Shown: positions 13,280-26,650 of the stretch, piece after piece
Position numbering within the stretch: the stretch's first letter is position 1
Layout of the letters: each line of letters starts with the position of its first letter
NCBI GenBank assembly: GCA_951406725.2
Contig: OX597827.1
Span: 19,406,001 to 19,470,000, forward strand
Reading direction: 5' to 3'
Origin: Octopus vulgaris
Lineage: Eukaryota
DNA: 64,000 nt
Notes under the pieces: generated by a model
The model's input: only the letters and a program-made list of their open reading frames with translations
Database searches by the model: none
Told to the model about the DNA's origin: nothing
Made by a program: the position numbers and the translations under genes

Positions 13280-13512
13280 TAGGCGGCGAGCTGGCAGAAA
13301 CGTTAGCACGCCGGGCGAAATGCGTTGCCTTATTTCGTCTGCCGTTACGTTCCGAGTTCAAATTCCGCCGAGGTCGACTTAGCCTTTCATCCTTCCGGGG
13401 TCGATAAATTAAGTACCAGTTACGCACTGGGGTCGATGTAATCGACTTAATCCGTTTGTCTGTCCTTGTTTGTCTCCTCTGTGTTTAGCCCCTTGTGGGT
13501 AGTAAAGAAGTA
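13280..13512 (+). mobile_element. Family C SINE
   Basis: Full-length; flanked by a direct repeat TATATTCTTAAA(G/C)ACTAT. Confidence 0.9.
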
Positions 13513-13873
13513 TATATTCTTAAACACTATGTTTTCATATACCTTTCTTTATCCTTAACGCCAATCCTTAACATCCTCCCTTACTCTATCTGCCTCTCTT
13601 TCTATTCATTTACTTTTCTTTCGTTTTACCACTTCATAGCCACCTCTGTTACCATTCTTTTATTGAATGTTGATATTTACACTATCAGGACTTTAATCTA
13701 CATGGATTTACACAGGATTACTCCTAAGGACTTACTTACTTCTACACGATCGAAAAGTTAAACTGTGAACTTTTATGCCTCTTTTTCTTCTCTTTCTTCA
13801 TTTCTTAATTCTTTTACTCCTATCTTCTATGTCGTCATTTCATTAATCTGTACCCTTCTCATTTTCCCTGTAT

Positions 13874-13929
13874 GTCTCTGATGATGCAATATCCCATACT
13901 CTGGGATATCCTTGAAACAGCTGTAAGAC
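13874..13929 (+). ncRNA. Type I hammerhead-ribozyme-like motif, probably decayed
   Basis: GTCT-CTGATGA-stem II (ATATCCCA/TGGGATAT)-GAAA-CAGCT-GTA-AGAC; base of stem II mismatched. Confidence 0.55.
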
Positions 13930-14012
13930 TTTGAATCTTTTTTCCAATAATAATAATAATGCATATGGCTTGAGATGTTTGCCTTGCCTTAACATTTGTT
14001 GTCCTCTTCAAC

Positions 14013-14053
<41 letters not shown>

Positions 14054-14144
14054 CACACACACACATACGTGCATATAAAAATATATATATATATATATAT
14101 ATATATACAAATATACATGTACATATATATATAGCGATTTAGTT

Positions 14145-14312
14145 TACTACATTCTCGGAGTGGTTGGCGTTAGGAAGGGCATCCAGCTTTAGAAACTCTG
14201 CCAGATCAAGATTGGAGCCTGGTGCAGCCATCTGGCTCGCCAGCCCTCAGTCAAAATCGTCCAACCCATGCTAGCATGGAAAGCGGACGTTAAACGATGA
14301 TGATGGTGATGA
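14145..14312 (+). mobile_element. Family D retroposon 3' part
   Basis: Core and (GAT)n tail, inserted in a (TA)n tract. Confidence 0.85.
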
Positions 14313-14595
14313 TTATATATATATATATATAAATATATATATATGTACACACACACACAACAACACGCGTGTATGATGAGCTTCTTTTTTTCTTCCCATC
14401 ACCCAAATTCACTCACACACACCTTGGTCTATAGTGGAAGACAACTGCCTACAGTGCTGTGCAGTGAGAGTGAACCCAAGACTACATGGTGAGAAAGTAA
14501 GTTTCTTAACCACACAGCCATGCTTGCTCAGAATAACAGAAACCAATTTAGTTTGTGTTAGTGTTTCTTTATATCTCTCTTTTTTTTTTTAACCC

Positions 14596-14976
14596 TCTTT
14601 TACTTGTTTCAGTCATATGACTGCGGCCATGCTGGAGCACCGCCTTTAGTCGAGCAAATCGACCCCAGGACTTATTCCTTGGAAGCCTAGTACTTAGTCT
14701 ATCGGGCTCTTTTGCTGCTAAGTTACGGGAACGTAAACACACCACCATCGGTTGTCAAGCAATGTTGGGGGGGGGAGGACAAACAAAGACACACAAACAT
14801 ACACACACACACACACAGCTTTCTTTCAGTTTCTGTCTACCAAATCCACTCACAAGACTTTGGTCTGCCCGAGGCTGTAGTAGAAGACACTTGCCCAAGG
14901 TGCCACGCAGTGGGAATGAACCCAGAACCATGTGGTTGGTAAGCAAGCTACTTACCACACAGCCACTCCTGTGCCT
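14596..14976 (-). mobile_element. Family A SINE
   Basis: Full-length match. Confidence 0.88.
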
Positions 14977-15636
14977 ATTATTCTGATAAATTCGAATAAG
15001 CAGTTGTTCCAATGGTTCTATGTCTGATGCATCGTGGCTATAATTACAGCAAGCTAGGCTGAGAGAAGTGTTTGTCATGGTCGGAGTGCAACACCACTGG
15101 CAGAAAACAAGCTGCTGCTCTTCAAGTAGCCGTGCGGTACCCTATCAGAATTAACCGTTTATAACTCTACACTTCCATTAGTGAAATTAATGTAATTATG
15201 TCAGTATGTTGCAGGTGTGTAATTACATTGGTATCTTTAGCCTTTAGTAAAAACCGACAAAATAATGACAGCTATAAATAAGAAGGGAAAAAAATATAAA
15301 AAACAATATCAGTGCTATATAATTGCTACTCTCTAGTTTGACTACTTCCTCTCTGTTAAACCTTGTCACAAACTAGTGATAGAGTCAAAGCATAGTCAAG
15401 TTTATAGGGCACCAGATTGCTTCTTGAGTGTATTTTCCCCAGGAGATAGTGAAGTTGGCAAATTCATTAGGAACTCGTCATAATGCTGGCACTTTCAATG
15501 GTGTATCTAATGAGTCATTAACATATAAACGCTGATGAATCTATATTTGAGTGTATCTAGGATAAGTCATCATGGGCAGAGCCCATCTCACAAGGATATA
15601 CTTACAAAATACTTAACAATTTTGCATCACAGAAAC

Positions 15637-15915
15637 ATCATCATCATCATCGTTTAATGTCCACTTTCCATGCTAGCATGGGTTGGACGGTTTTGACTGA
15701 GGGCTGGCAAACCAGATGGCTGCACCAGGATCCAGTCTTGATCTGGCCGAGTTTCTACAGCTGGATGCCCTTCCTAACGCCAACCACTCCGAGAGTGTAG
15801 TGGCTGCTTTTTACGTGCCACCTGCACCAGGGCCAGTCAGGCGGTACTGGCAATGACCTCGCTCGAATCTTTTTACACGTGGCACAGGTGCCAGTGATGC
15901 GATGTTGATAACAAT
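15637..15915 (-). mobile_element. Family D retroposon
   Basis: Close match to 2547-2820. Confidence 0.85.
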
Positions 15916-16085
15916 AACCTAAAAGTAATTCAGTTTTAGGGTTTTATCTCCATAAAAATGAAATATAATCACTAAATAAGCACTTCTTAGAAGTTAAATA
16001 ATTGAATTTTAATAAGACATTTTCCCAATATATTGATATCCATACAAGTTCTTGTATATATTATTGTGTGTGTGAAAGAGAGAAA

Positions 16086-16499
16086 GGATCTTTTCAGTTT
16101 GAATGGCAGTTTTTTCTAGCGGTGTCATATGAAATTGTCACCCATAATTATGACCATAGTATCGATCTATTGCATTTCAATCTGTTTTAGGGTTCAGGGT
16201 GGGGAGAAGGGTATCTTTTTTTCTTCACAAATGTAAATAAACCCAATCTGTTTCTTAAACGAGGGACATATTCATACGGCACAGAATGCTTTTTACCTCA
16301 ATAGACGTCATTGATTGGTTGAAATTGCAGAAATTGAAGAAAAAAAAAAACAACAAATATCTTACAAACTATAGAATTTTCTTAATAAAGCCAAGAGAAA
16401 AAGATGTTTTATAAACACATTCTACCAGTATACGAAGTTTAAAATCTTTTAGTTACCTAGAAATTATGTTAAAAATTGCCGTTCGAACCGAAAAGATCT
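16086..16499 (+). mobile_element. Family E MITE (Merlin-like)
   Basis: About 29-bp TIRs beginning GGATC. Confidence 0.9.
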
Positions 16500-17036
16500 G
16501 ATATCCATACAAGTTCTTGCATATATTATTATTATTGTGTGTGTGTGTGTGTGTATGCTCGTGCACACGTGTGTATGTGTGTGTGAGAGAGAGAAAGAGA
16601 GAGAGAGAGATAGTTTGTGAAATTTTCAGCTTCAGTAAAATTCGGTATTTTGCAGTCATGTGCTTGTGTGTGTATATAATGCAGAAAAGAAGTGGGTATA
16701 TAAACATGACATGTTGTACACAATGTAATCTACACATAAGAGAATCACAGGCAGACTAACAGAGAACTATAGAATCTTCATATGTGATAGATGGTTCTCT
16801 ATACTCACCCTGAAGAAGGGAAACCTTCTGGACTTTGAAATACTTGATGGCTAGCATCACAAATTTTTTTCTTTTTTATGTGTGTGTGTGTGTGTCTATT
16901 TTCTATTTCTACTCTGCTCAACCTTTTCAAGTACTCGCCATGTTGGAACTTCTCTTCCTGTCACATTATCACTCTATTCCATTGTTAATTTAGGTTTTAA
17001 CCTGTTCGCAGTTTCTCTTGTTGTTTACCATTTTTC

Positions 17037-17436
17037 TTTACTCTTCTTTTACTTGTTTCAGTCATTTGACTGCGGCCATGCTGGAGCACCGCCTTTAATC
17101 GAGCAACTCGACCCCGGGACTTATTCTTTTGTAAGCCCAGTACTTATTCTATCGGTCTCTTTTGCTGAACCGCTAAGTAACGGGGACATAAACACACCAG
17201 AATTGGTTGTCAAGCAATGCTAGGGGGACAAACACAGACACACAAATACACACACGCATATATATATATACATATATACGACGGGCTTCTTTCAGTTTCC
17301 GTCTACCAAATCCACTCACAAGGCATTGGTCGGCCTGGGGCTATAGCAGAAGACACTTGCCCAAGATGCCACGCAGTGGGATTGAACCCGGAACCATGTG
17401 GTTGGTTAGCAAGCTACTTACCACACAGCCACGCCT
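17037..17436 (-). mobile_element. Family A SINE
   Basis: Full-length match. Confidence 0.9.
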
Positions 17437-17547
17437 ATGCCTTTAAAACTATTTTTTAACTATTTCTCATTAAATTGATATTTTTTATTTACGGAGATGT
17501 ACTTGCATAGCGAGTGACTTGATCTGAGATCGTGTGCTGGAACGAAA

Positions 17548-17790
17548 ACAATTGTAGCATGGAAGGTGTTTATAAGCCATTTAAGAAACACACAAAACCG
17601 TTAGATTCACTTCAACATTTAAATTTAATTTGTCAAAATATTTTCATTGCTTTGAGACCGGAACCTGTTCACTGACCGGTCTCAAAGCGCCGAAAATATT
17701 TTGACAAATTAAATTTAAATGTTGAAGTGAATCTAATGATTTTGTGTGTTTCTTAAATGGCTTATAAACACCTTCCACGCTGTAATTGTT
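17548..17790. repeat. Long inverted repeat (about 115-bp arms, short loop)
   Basis: ..AAATATTTT..CTTTGAGACCGG / CCGGTCTCAAAG..AAAATATTT.. arms are reverse complements. Confidence 0.9.
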
Positions 17791-18326
17791 ATATTTTTTA
17801 GCTTCCTTGAAAACAGAAAATAGTTTTTTGTTTTGTTCTTTTTTATGGCTATTGTATTAGTTTTCTGTTATTTTTTTCCAAGATATTTTCAGATACTTAT
17901 ACAAAAGCTTATGACTTGCTAATTTAGTTTACCTGAGGTTTGGTGACAAGTTTTCTCAAACCTCAAGAATCATTCTTAGAATTCCAGTAGAATACAGAAT
18001 GGCTTTCTGCAGGTCAACAATACGTGCCTCAGTTCTAAAATCCTGCAGCCTCTTAAGTAGCAGTTTGGGTGTTGTGCCAGATGCACAAATTATCACCTTT
18101 GTGCCCCACAATCTCTTCATCACATTGGCTAAGTCCTGGTATTTCCCAGTTTCCTCAGTTTCTTTCGTATCTAATCTACTATCATATATAGGATTACAAG
18201 GATCTTAAATTTTTTTTTTCCTGGTCTCTCTGAAAATATTTGACCTACTTTAATATTATGATCAGTCTCAATGAGGAAACCCCATAAAATACTGCTGTGC
18301 TTAGGGGTTTTACTTTCATTGTATGA

Positions 18327-18549
18327 ATACCTATTTCTTTATTACCCACAAGGGGCTAAACAGAGGGGACAAACAAGGACAGACATAGGTATTAAGTTGA
18401 TTACATCGACCCCAGTGCGTAACTGGTACTTAATTTATCGACCCCAAAAGGATGAAAGGCAAAATCGACCTCGGCGGAATTTGAACTCAGAACGTTATGG
18501 CTACGTATTTCGCCCAGCCTGCTAACGTTTCTGCCAGCTCGTCACCTTT
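18327..18549 (-). mobile_element. Family C SINE
   Basis: Full-length; TSD ATTGTATGAATAC. Confidence 0.9.
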
Positions 18550-19117
18550 ATTGTATGAATACTGTTGTATAGCTGGTGGGGGTGCTTGCCTCCCCTTTGC
18601 AAATATAAGGACACAGCAGATGTGTCAAAGCCGACAGGAAGCGTCGATGCTTCCTAGGGCTATATAACGGTGGTGTAATTCCCTCTACGGGACAGTCACA
18701 TTATATTGACTTTATACAACCACTCTATCGCTCCATCACCGCTCATGTCTCATTGAGACATTTAGAAATTCAATATTTCTAATATTCATCATCATTATTA
18801 TTGATAAATTGGCAGAATTATAAGAGCATTGACCAAAATGTTTTGCTGTATATGTTTCCAGCTCTTTATGTTCAAACTCCATTGAGGTCAACTTTCCCTT
18901 TCATCCTTTTCAGGCTCAATAAAATAATGTTGAGCACTGGAGTCTATGTAATCAGCTAACTCCTTCCCTACTAAAATTGTTGGCCTTGTGCCAAAATTAG
19001 AAAGAATTAATTATTTTGGTCGATTGACAGATTCATTAATGAAACAAAATGCTTAGTGGCATGTCTTTTTGGTTCGTTAAACTTTGCTTTTCATCATTTT
19101 AGGGTCAGTAAAATGAA

Positions 19118-19358
19118 ATACCTATTTCTTTACTACCCACAAGGGGCTAAACACACTGAGAGGACAAACAAGGACTGACAAATGGATTAAGTCAATTACA
19201 TCGACCCCAGTGCATAACTGGTACTTAATTTATCGACCCCGAAGGGATGAAAGGCAAAGTCGACCTCGGAAGAATTTGAACTCAGAACGTAATAGCAGAC
19301 GAAATATGGCTACACATTTTGCCTGGCGTGCTAACGTTTCTGCCAGCTTGCTGCCTTA
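19118..19358 (-). mobile_element. Family C SINE nested in a cluster of older degenerate C-like copies (about 18810-19850)
   Basis: TSD AAAATGAAATAC. Confidence 0.85.
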
Positions 19359-20449
19359 AAATGAAATACCAGTCAAGTACTGAGGTCAATGTAATCAACT
19401 TTTCTTTCCCCTCAAAATTACTGGCCCTGTGCCAAAATTTGGAACCATTAGCATGCCGGGCAAAATACTTAGTGGCATTTCATCCATCTTTACTTTCTGA
19501 GTTCAAATTCCACCGAGGTTGACTTTGCCACCCATCATTTTGGGAGTCGATAAATTAAATACCAGTGAAAGAGTGGGGGTGATGTAATCAGCTGGTCCTC
19601 TCCCCCAGTAGAAAGGATTATTATTTGTAAAGGTAGTGAACTGGCAGGATTGTTGGCATGACAGACAAAATGCTTAGTGATATTTCCTCCTACTTTACAT
19701 TCTGAGTTCAAATTCTGCTGGGGACAGCTTTGACTTTTACTCTTCCAAGGTTGATAAAATAAGTACCCATTGAGCCCTGGGGTTGAATGTAATCAACTAG
19801 TCCCCTACTCCACCCCACTCATCTCCCAAAAACTTCAAGTTTGTGCTTATAGTTAGTTCTCTCTGTGCCATGAGGCACATAAGGCCTCAACGTCATCTCA
19901 CCAACCAGGTCTGTTTTCTGTTACTGTTTTGGTCTCGTTCCAGATTCTCCACCCTTCTCGTCTCCTTTCCTTGTCTGTGGTCCTTTACCATGTGCTTTTA
20001 GAGTGCCCAGCTTCCCTTTAGACCCTGAGGGTTTCACTTTAGTGCTGCCATACAATCTCTTTCCCTGATCTTGTCTGAGGCCATGTCCCCATCCAGCCAC
20101 ACAGCCTCTCTGTTTTATTTCATTGCTACTGTTGTTGTTGTTGTTGTTGCCCCTTTGTTCTCTCTCGACTTTGTCATTTCAGACCCTTTGCAGCCACTCG
20201 ATGTGGAGTGCTTTATAGCAGAAACAATTGTCATGATTATTATTTGTAAAACAATAAAGAACAAACGACTCCTTCACACCGTCCACTTTTGTTGTATGAT
20301 ATTTTTCTCTCTTCTTTCAGACAATCCAAGAGAAATATTGATGAGGTACAACTAACTGGAAAGTTCCATTGGAAAGCTCCAGTTGGAATTCTTTGTTTGT
20401 TTTGTGGGTGTTTGTGTTTTGTCTGTGATATTTTAAATTTCCTCCTTTA

Positions 20450-20985
20450 CACATATATATGTATGTGTATGTGTGTATGTATGTATATATATGTATATGT
20501 ATGCATATGTATATGTATGCATATGTATATGTATGCATATGTATATGTATGCATATGTATATGTATGCATATGTATATGTATGCATATATATATGTATGC
20601 ATATATATATGTATATGTGTATGCATATATATATGTATGTATATGTATATTATATGTGTGTATATATATATGTGTATATATATATATGTGTATATATGTA
20701 TATATATGTGTGTATATGTATGTATATATATGTATATATGTATATGTATATATATATATGTATATACATGTATGTATATATATATATATATATATATACA
20801 TACACATACATGCATATACATACATACGTATATATGTGTGTGTATGTATATATATATATATATATATGTATATGTATGTATGTATGTATATATATACACA
20901 TATACATACATACATTATATGTATGCATATATATATATATGTATATGTATGCATATATATATATGTACGTATGTATGTATGTATT
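20450..20985. repeat. Compound (TA)/(TG)/(CA) microsatellite
   Basis: Alternating purine-pyrimidine tract. Confidence 0.97.
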
Positions 20986-21811
20986 CTTTTTCTTTTGGTC
21001 TTGTCTCAATCTCTGGACTGCTGCCATGCTTTCTCTCTCTTTCACATACATGCACTTGTATGTGTATATTCGTATATTCACACATAATTGTAATGTGTGT
21101 GTGTGTGTGTATGTATATTCATATATATTTTTGTGTGCACTGGACCTTTAGGTTCTTAATATTGGTGATTTTTATCAGTCCTTTTATTTATTTCAATCCA
21201 CTGATTTCCCCTTTTTTGTTTTACGATATTTTTTGTTTTTCATCTTTGATGTTTGTCTGTAATTTCCATGGTTTGTTTAAGTTGGTTTTTCTTTTCAATA
21301 ATTTTTGTCTAGTCATGTATGGTCAATTATTATTATTATTATTATTATTATTATTTTTAGTTTGCTTGCCTCTTATTTGAATAAGGAAGGTCTTTTGATT
21401 AAGTGTGGTCAAGTGGATTCAGCTTTTTCTCTTTGTATATATGTGTATGTCATCTTTCCTACACCTCATCCCATTTTTTTGTATTTTATCTTTGTTTTTT
21501 TTTTCCAGGAAAGAAATGGCTTTTATAAAAATTTCCATCTCAATTATTGTTGTTTTAGCATGTTTTGTTGTTGTGGTGGTTGTTATTAATGATTTTTTGC
21601 TGTATGTTTTTTTATATAATTTACAGTGGTTCTTTGTTTTTCCTCGCATCATCAGTTTTAATGTCCATTGTTGAGCAGTGGTGCTGTTCGTTTTCAAAAA
21701 GGGAATATTATTGTAATATGGAGAACCAAGTGTGATTCACATACCTCCTTAGTGTTGACTGTCCGATTTGGTTAAATCCAAGATGCGCCCTACCCATCTA
21801 ACATCTCACTA

Positions 21812-22020
21812 AGCTGATCTGGAACCCAACCTAGGCCCCCATATCTACGGCATTCGCTGTTGGAATAAGGAGTGGTTGGAGATCACAGGGTCGTTAGCCT
21901 CAAATCGCCAGGCCTGGTCGGCGTTTGTGAGAGACGCAGCATTGAGGATGAATGAAGCCAGCTCAACCCACCCCAGGTGAATGCTGTAAGAAGAAGAAGA
22001 AGAACAAGAACAACAACAAC
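21812..22020 (+). mobile_element. 5'-truncated RTE-clade LINE with (GAA)n/(CAA)n tail
   Basis: Near-identical to 22614-22800; 12-bp TSD AACATCTCACTA. Confidence 0.85.
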
Positions 22021-22356
22021 AACATCTCACTAGAACCTAGCAAATTCCCTTTCTAGCTCACACGTCTACATGCGTCCCTCTGCTCCCACTGCCTGAGGCC
22101 AAAGAGGCCCATGCCGTTCCTACTTCCACCCATTTGACCTCAATCACTCTTCTTCTTTTGGTAGGGCTCCTCAGCCATTAATATCACTGGTCCTTTCCTC
22201 CCGGTTCCCTTTATCTCCACAATTATAAAGTGGTTGATAACAGTTCACTGTGCAATGAAGTATCCTCCTTGAAGACAAGTTAAATCATACTATGGTAGAT
22301 TTCTCTTCTTTATTATGGCATAAGACTTATTCCACTCTTCATTACTTATATTGACT

Positions 22357-22805
22357 AGAATCCTTCGATCACCTCTGTCTACGCAGCATCCTTTGTGTTC
22401 GATGGCCTCACTTTGTTTCCAACAATTTGGTGCAACACCAGTGCAGAGTCACCTCCCTCCGACAAGTCATCCTAACGAGACGTCTGCGTTGGCTAGGTCA
22501 TGCCCTCTGTCGTCAACCAGGAGAATTCATCTACGAAGCAATTGCCCCAGCTCCCCTTCAGGGTTGGCGAAAGCGATGTGGTGGACAACGAAAAACCTGG
22601 CTGATGACCGTCAAGGCTGATCTGGAACCCAACCTAGGCCCCCATGTCTACGGCGTTCGCTGCTGGAATAAGGAGTGGTTGGAGATTATGCGGTCGTTAG
22701 CCTCAAATCGCCAGGCCTGGTCGGCGTTTGTGAGAGATGCAGCATTGAGGATGAATGAAGCCAGCTTAACCCACCCCGGGTGAATGCTGTAAGAAGAAGA
22801 TGAAG
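22357..22805 (+). mobile_element. 5'-truncated RTE-clade LINE, ORF C-terminus
   Basis: FDHLCLRSILCVRW..RRLRWLGHALC..GGQRKTW peptide; (GAA)n tail; TSD ATATTGACT. Confidence 0.88.
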
Positions 22806-23114
22806 ATATTGACTTTTGCCAACACAAAAATCACAAGTTTATTTACATTCATCAGAGTTACTAAGATTACAGGTGTTCCAAGTGACCATCACTACATTAA
22901 TATATTATCAATTAATCTTTGGCTTGTTGACTTCTTGTTGAGATTATTAAATATCTTAAGAATCTAATAAGCAAATACAAACCTTATGTGAAATATATAT
23001 TACTGCTGCTGCTGAGGGTGGTAGATTGACAAAATCACTAAAGTATCAGGTAGAAAAATCCTTGAAGTATCAGACAAAATGCTTTGTGGCATCAAGTTAA
23101 CGGCTGTTTATGTT

Positions 23115-23334
23115 CTTTCGTTACCAACCTGGCTAAAACCATCTCTTACTCTGTAGTACAAATGTTTTGTTTTCATAAGCTCTGAATTAAAATTTTCCAT
23201 CAAACCTTAGTCACAATTTATGTTCCTAACACCAGCTTAATGATAACCAAGTTATTTTACTAAATTCTTTGTTATATTTAAAGTAATTGAAAGAAACACA
23301 GAGCATCTCAACAGAAATACAGTAATGAAAGGGT
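23115..23334. mobile_element. piggyBac-like MITE family G1
   Basis: Matches 38444-38663 and 55633-55852; ends GAAAGGG-TTAA. Confidence 0.75.
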
Positions 23335-24060
23335 TAAGTACTGTCAAAGTAAACTTTGCTTTTCATCCATCCAGGGTCAATAAAGTAAAGTACTACTCAA
23401 GTACCAGAGTCAACATTATTGACTTACCCATCACCCAAATTTCTGGTTTTGTACCTATGTTAGAAAGAATTATTATTATCATTGCTTCTAAAGTATTTGC
23501 TTCACTACAGACGGCTTGAGAAATGCCTCAAAAGCCACAACAGTAACTACTGTAACTACCACTAGTAATGTTTCCTCATCATCACTGCAACTATTCTCAC
23601 TGTAGCATTTATCTTCTTGTTCTTAATGTGATTTAGTAGTTCAGTTTTAGAGCCAGCACTATAGCCCTTGGTTTTCTGGTAAGAAAATCATTTGCCTTTT
23701 GATTCTTTTACCATTGACTCTTAACTCTTATTTTGAGCTCCGGATCACAAGATTGAAGGCCCTTAGTTTTATTTCAACAGAATCATTGATCTATTGCCAT
23801 GGGCACTTGAACTTAGCATTATAGAACTTGAGCCTGTCCAACTAGGAGCACAATTAAATTGTTGTGCAAACTAGTACATATTTCTGTCAAAATGAAGGCA
23901 TTCTTTCTATTACCCTAAGCTTCAGGATTCAATTAGTATGTGTTTTTCCTTAAAACTTGTGTGCCACATTAGAATTTCAAAAATGAAAGACAAACATATC
24001 ACTGAAACTTCATAGGTCGCCATTTTAAATTGGCCATTTAACCTTCTCCTTACCATATTT

Positions 24061-24318
24061 GTGGAGGCACATGGCCTAGTGGTTAGAGCAGCGGACTCGC
24101 GGTCGAGGGATCGCAGGTTCGAATTCAGACCGGACGATGTGTGTGTTTATGAGTGAAACACCTAAGGTCCACGCGGCTCCGGCAGAAGGTAATGGCGAAA
24201 CTTCTGCTGACTCTTTCGCCACAATTTTCTCACACTGTTTCCTCCTGCATCTTGCAGCTCACCTGCAACGGACTGGCGTCCCGTCCAGGTGGGGAACCTA
24301 TAGCCAAGAAACCGGGAA
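24061..24318 (+). mobile_element. Family B SINE
   Basis: A/B boxes and body. Confidence 0.9.
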
Positions 24319-24561
24319 GTTACCATATTTCTGTTGAAATACAAAGCTTTCGTTTGAATTAATTTTGAAGGTAATTTTTGTTACTAAGTCAGTGCTTGGA
24401 ACATAAATGAACATAGGATTCTATGTAGAAAGCATTGGTGATGGTCCCATGTAAAGTGCACTGGTGAGGTGATGATACCACGTAAAAGGCATCCAGCACA
24501 CTCTGTGAAATGGTTGGTGTTAGGAAGGGCATCTAGCTGTAGAAATTATGCCAGAACAATG

Positions 24562-24963
24562 GGATCTTCTCGGTTTGAACGGCAGTTTTTTCTAGCGGTG
24601 TCATATGAAATTGTCACCTATAATCATCACCCTAGTAGCGATCTATTGCATTTCAATCTATTTTAGGATTACGGGTGAAGGGAAGGGTATCTTTTTTTCT
24701 TCACAAATGTAAATAAACCCAATCTGTTTCTTAAACGAGGGACATATTCATACGGCACAGAATGTTTTCACCTCAATGGACGTCACTGATTGGTTGAAAT
24801 TGCATAAAAAAAAACAACAAATATCTTACAAACCATAGAATTTTCTCAATAAAGCCAAGAGAAAAAGATGTTTTATAAACACATTCTACCAGTATACGAA
24901 GTTTAAAATTTTTTAGTTACCTAGAAATTATGTTAAAAACTGCCGTTCAAACCGAAAAGATCC
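24562..24963 (+). mobile_element. Family E MITE inserted in a family D element
   Basis: TIRs; perfect 8-bp TSD GAACAATG. Confidence 0.93.
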
Positions 24964-25426
24964 GAACAATGTTCCTGTCAAATTGTCTAACCCATACCAG
25001 CATGGGAAACAGATGTTAAATGATGATGTCTTAATCATTGGAAAACTTGAAAAGCGTTGATAGTCAAGAATGTTAATGAGCTTTAAAATGGGTTACAACT
25101 GGAGATCAAAACTGGATTTTTGCATAACTGCTCCTATACAATTTGATCTCTTTTATCTAGATACAATTATTATTTTTTTTACAGATTGGGAGAGGAGTGG
25201 TATTGTCGAATTACTGTAGTATGATACTGGTATTGGATTTTTCTTTATGGCAGTTTATATATTGTTACAGGACGGTGACCATAAATCTTAACTTGCAAAA
25301 GTTCAGTCTACTCAACTGTAAATGGATATCAAATACTAAGCTCAGATAATTCCATTTATGTAGAATGGGCTGGATGATCTCTGCCAGGCTGCCACGCCTT
25401 AAATGAAGTCCTCAGTGGTACACTTG

Positions 25427-25739
25427 TTGGTTGGGACCCCCTTCGGTCATGACTGACCGTGGGTTTGCACCTAGAAAGTTACCCTCCCAGGCACAAGTCC
25501 GGGCAAGGTTGTTTAGGGGAGACCAGCAGTTGCCCATTCATACCGGCCTCCCCTCTCCACCCACCCACTGTTATCCAAGGGAAAGGCTAAGGGGCTGATA
25601 AAGTTTGGCACCTGTGATGTCGCAACGTGAAATAAAGTGTCTTGCTCAAGAACACAACACGCAGCCCGGTCCGGGATTCGAGCTCACAACCTCACGATCC
25701 TAAGCTCGACACTCTAACCACTGAGCCATGCGCCTTCAC
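25427..25739 (-). mobile_element. tRNA-derived SINE, additional family
   Basis: Minus strand TGGCTCAGTGGTTAGAG A-box, GCTCGAATCCC B-box, TCTTGAGCAAGACACTT. Confidence 0.8.
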
Positions 25740-26384
25740 TAGTGGTACACTATAATCCATTGATTTATGGATCTCAACACATTCATTAACAGTAAATATT
25801 TTATTGAAGTATGAGTTTGACAGGAATTTGAATGTAGAACTGTACGGTACGGATTTTATAATATGTTCACCACCAATGAAACAACAATAAAATAGCTGCT
25901 ACCCAGTCATTCAACTTGCTAAACAAAACAGCCAAATATCACTTAAAATGCACCTACTTTCATTAAAAAGAATGAAAACATTGGAGAGTATAGTTTTTAG
26001 ATGTACAACAGCAAAAGAAAGAAGAAAAAAAACGATTGATGGAGACTGAATTGTCTTTCATCATAAATCTGCTTCATCAGATTGATCTGATTGAAACAAC
26101 ATCAGCAACTGGAAATACTTCAGAATACATTTTCCTTTCTTTACTTTTCTAAGATTGGTATCTTCAGTGAAGCTATGGCTCTTCCCAACCCAGAGTATCA
26201 TCACACCATCTCAACTCGAAATAGGAATTTTCATTTGCATGTATTGTGAAATTACTCTTGGGTGTGGTTTTCTGCACAAGTTTGTATGTATTACCATTGT
26301 CATTGTGTTCATTTTAACATCCACTTTTCCGTGCTTGTATGGGTTAGGTAGAATTTATTGAGGCAGATTTCTGATGGCCAGATA

Positions 26385-26650
26385 ACTATTTCTTTATTGC
26401 CCACAAGGGGCTAAACATAGAGAGGACAAATGGATTAAGTCAATCATATTGACCCCAGTATGTAACTGGTACTTAATTTAATCGACCCTGAAAGGATGAA
26501 AGGCAAAGTCGATCTTGGCGGAATTTGAACCCAGAACGTAGCGGCAGACGAAATACCGCTAAACATTTCTAAACATCCCCGTCCAACCCATGCTAGCATG
26601 GAAAACGGACGCTAAATGATGATGATGATGATTTCTGCCAGCTCGCCGCC
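26385..26650 (-). mobile_element. Family C SINE interrupted by a family D tail fragment
   Basis: C body plus CCCATGCTAGCATGG..(GAT)n at 26580-26631. Confidence 0.75.

Noticed and set aside
16806-16852. CTGAAGA..GAAA hammerhead-like boxes
   Set aside because: No convincing stem III, NUH triplet or stem I
20321-20355. Possible exon after a strong acceptor ([10 protein letters not shown] or TIQEKY*)
   Set aside because: No partner exon or homology identifiable; needs transcript data
20289-21380. 363-aa ORF and overlapping ORFs
   Set aside because: Translation of a stop-poor TA/TG microsatellite
26154-26249. Possible start exon (ATG at 26175, MALPNPEY..)
   Set aside because: No phase-1 GT donor in that frame to join exon 28489
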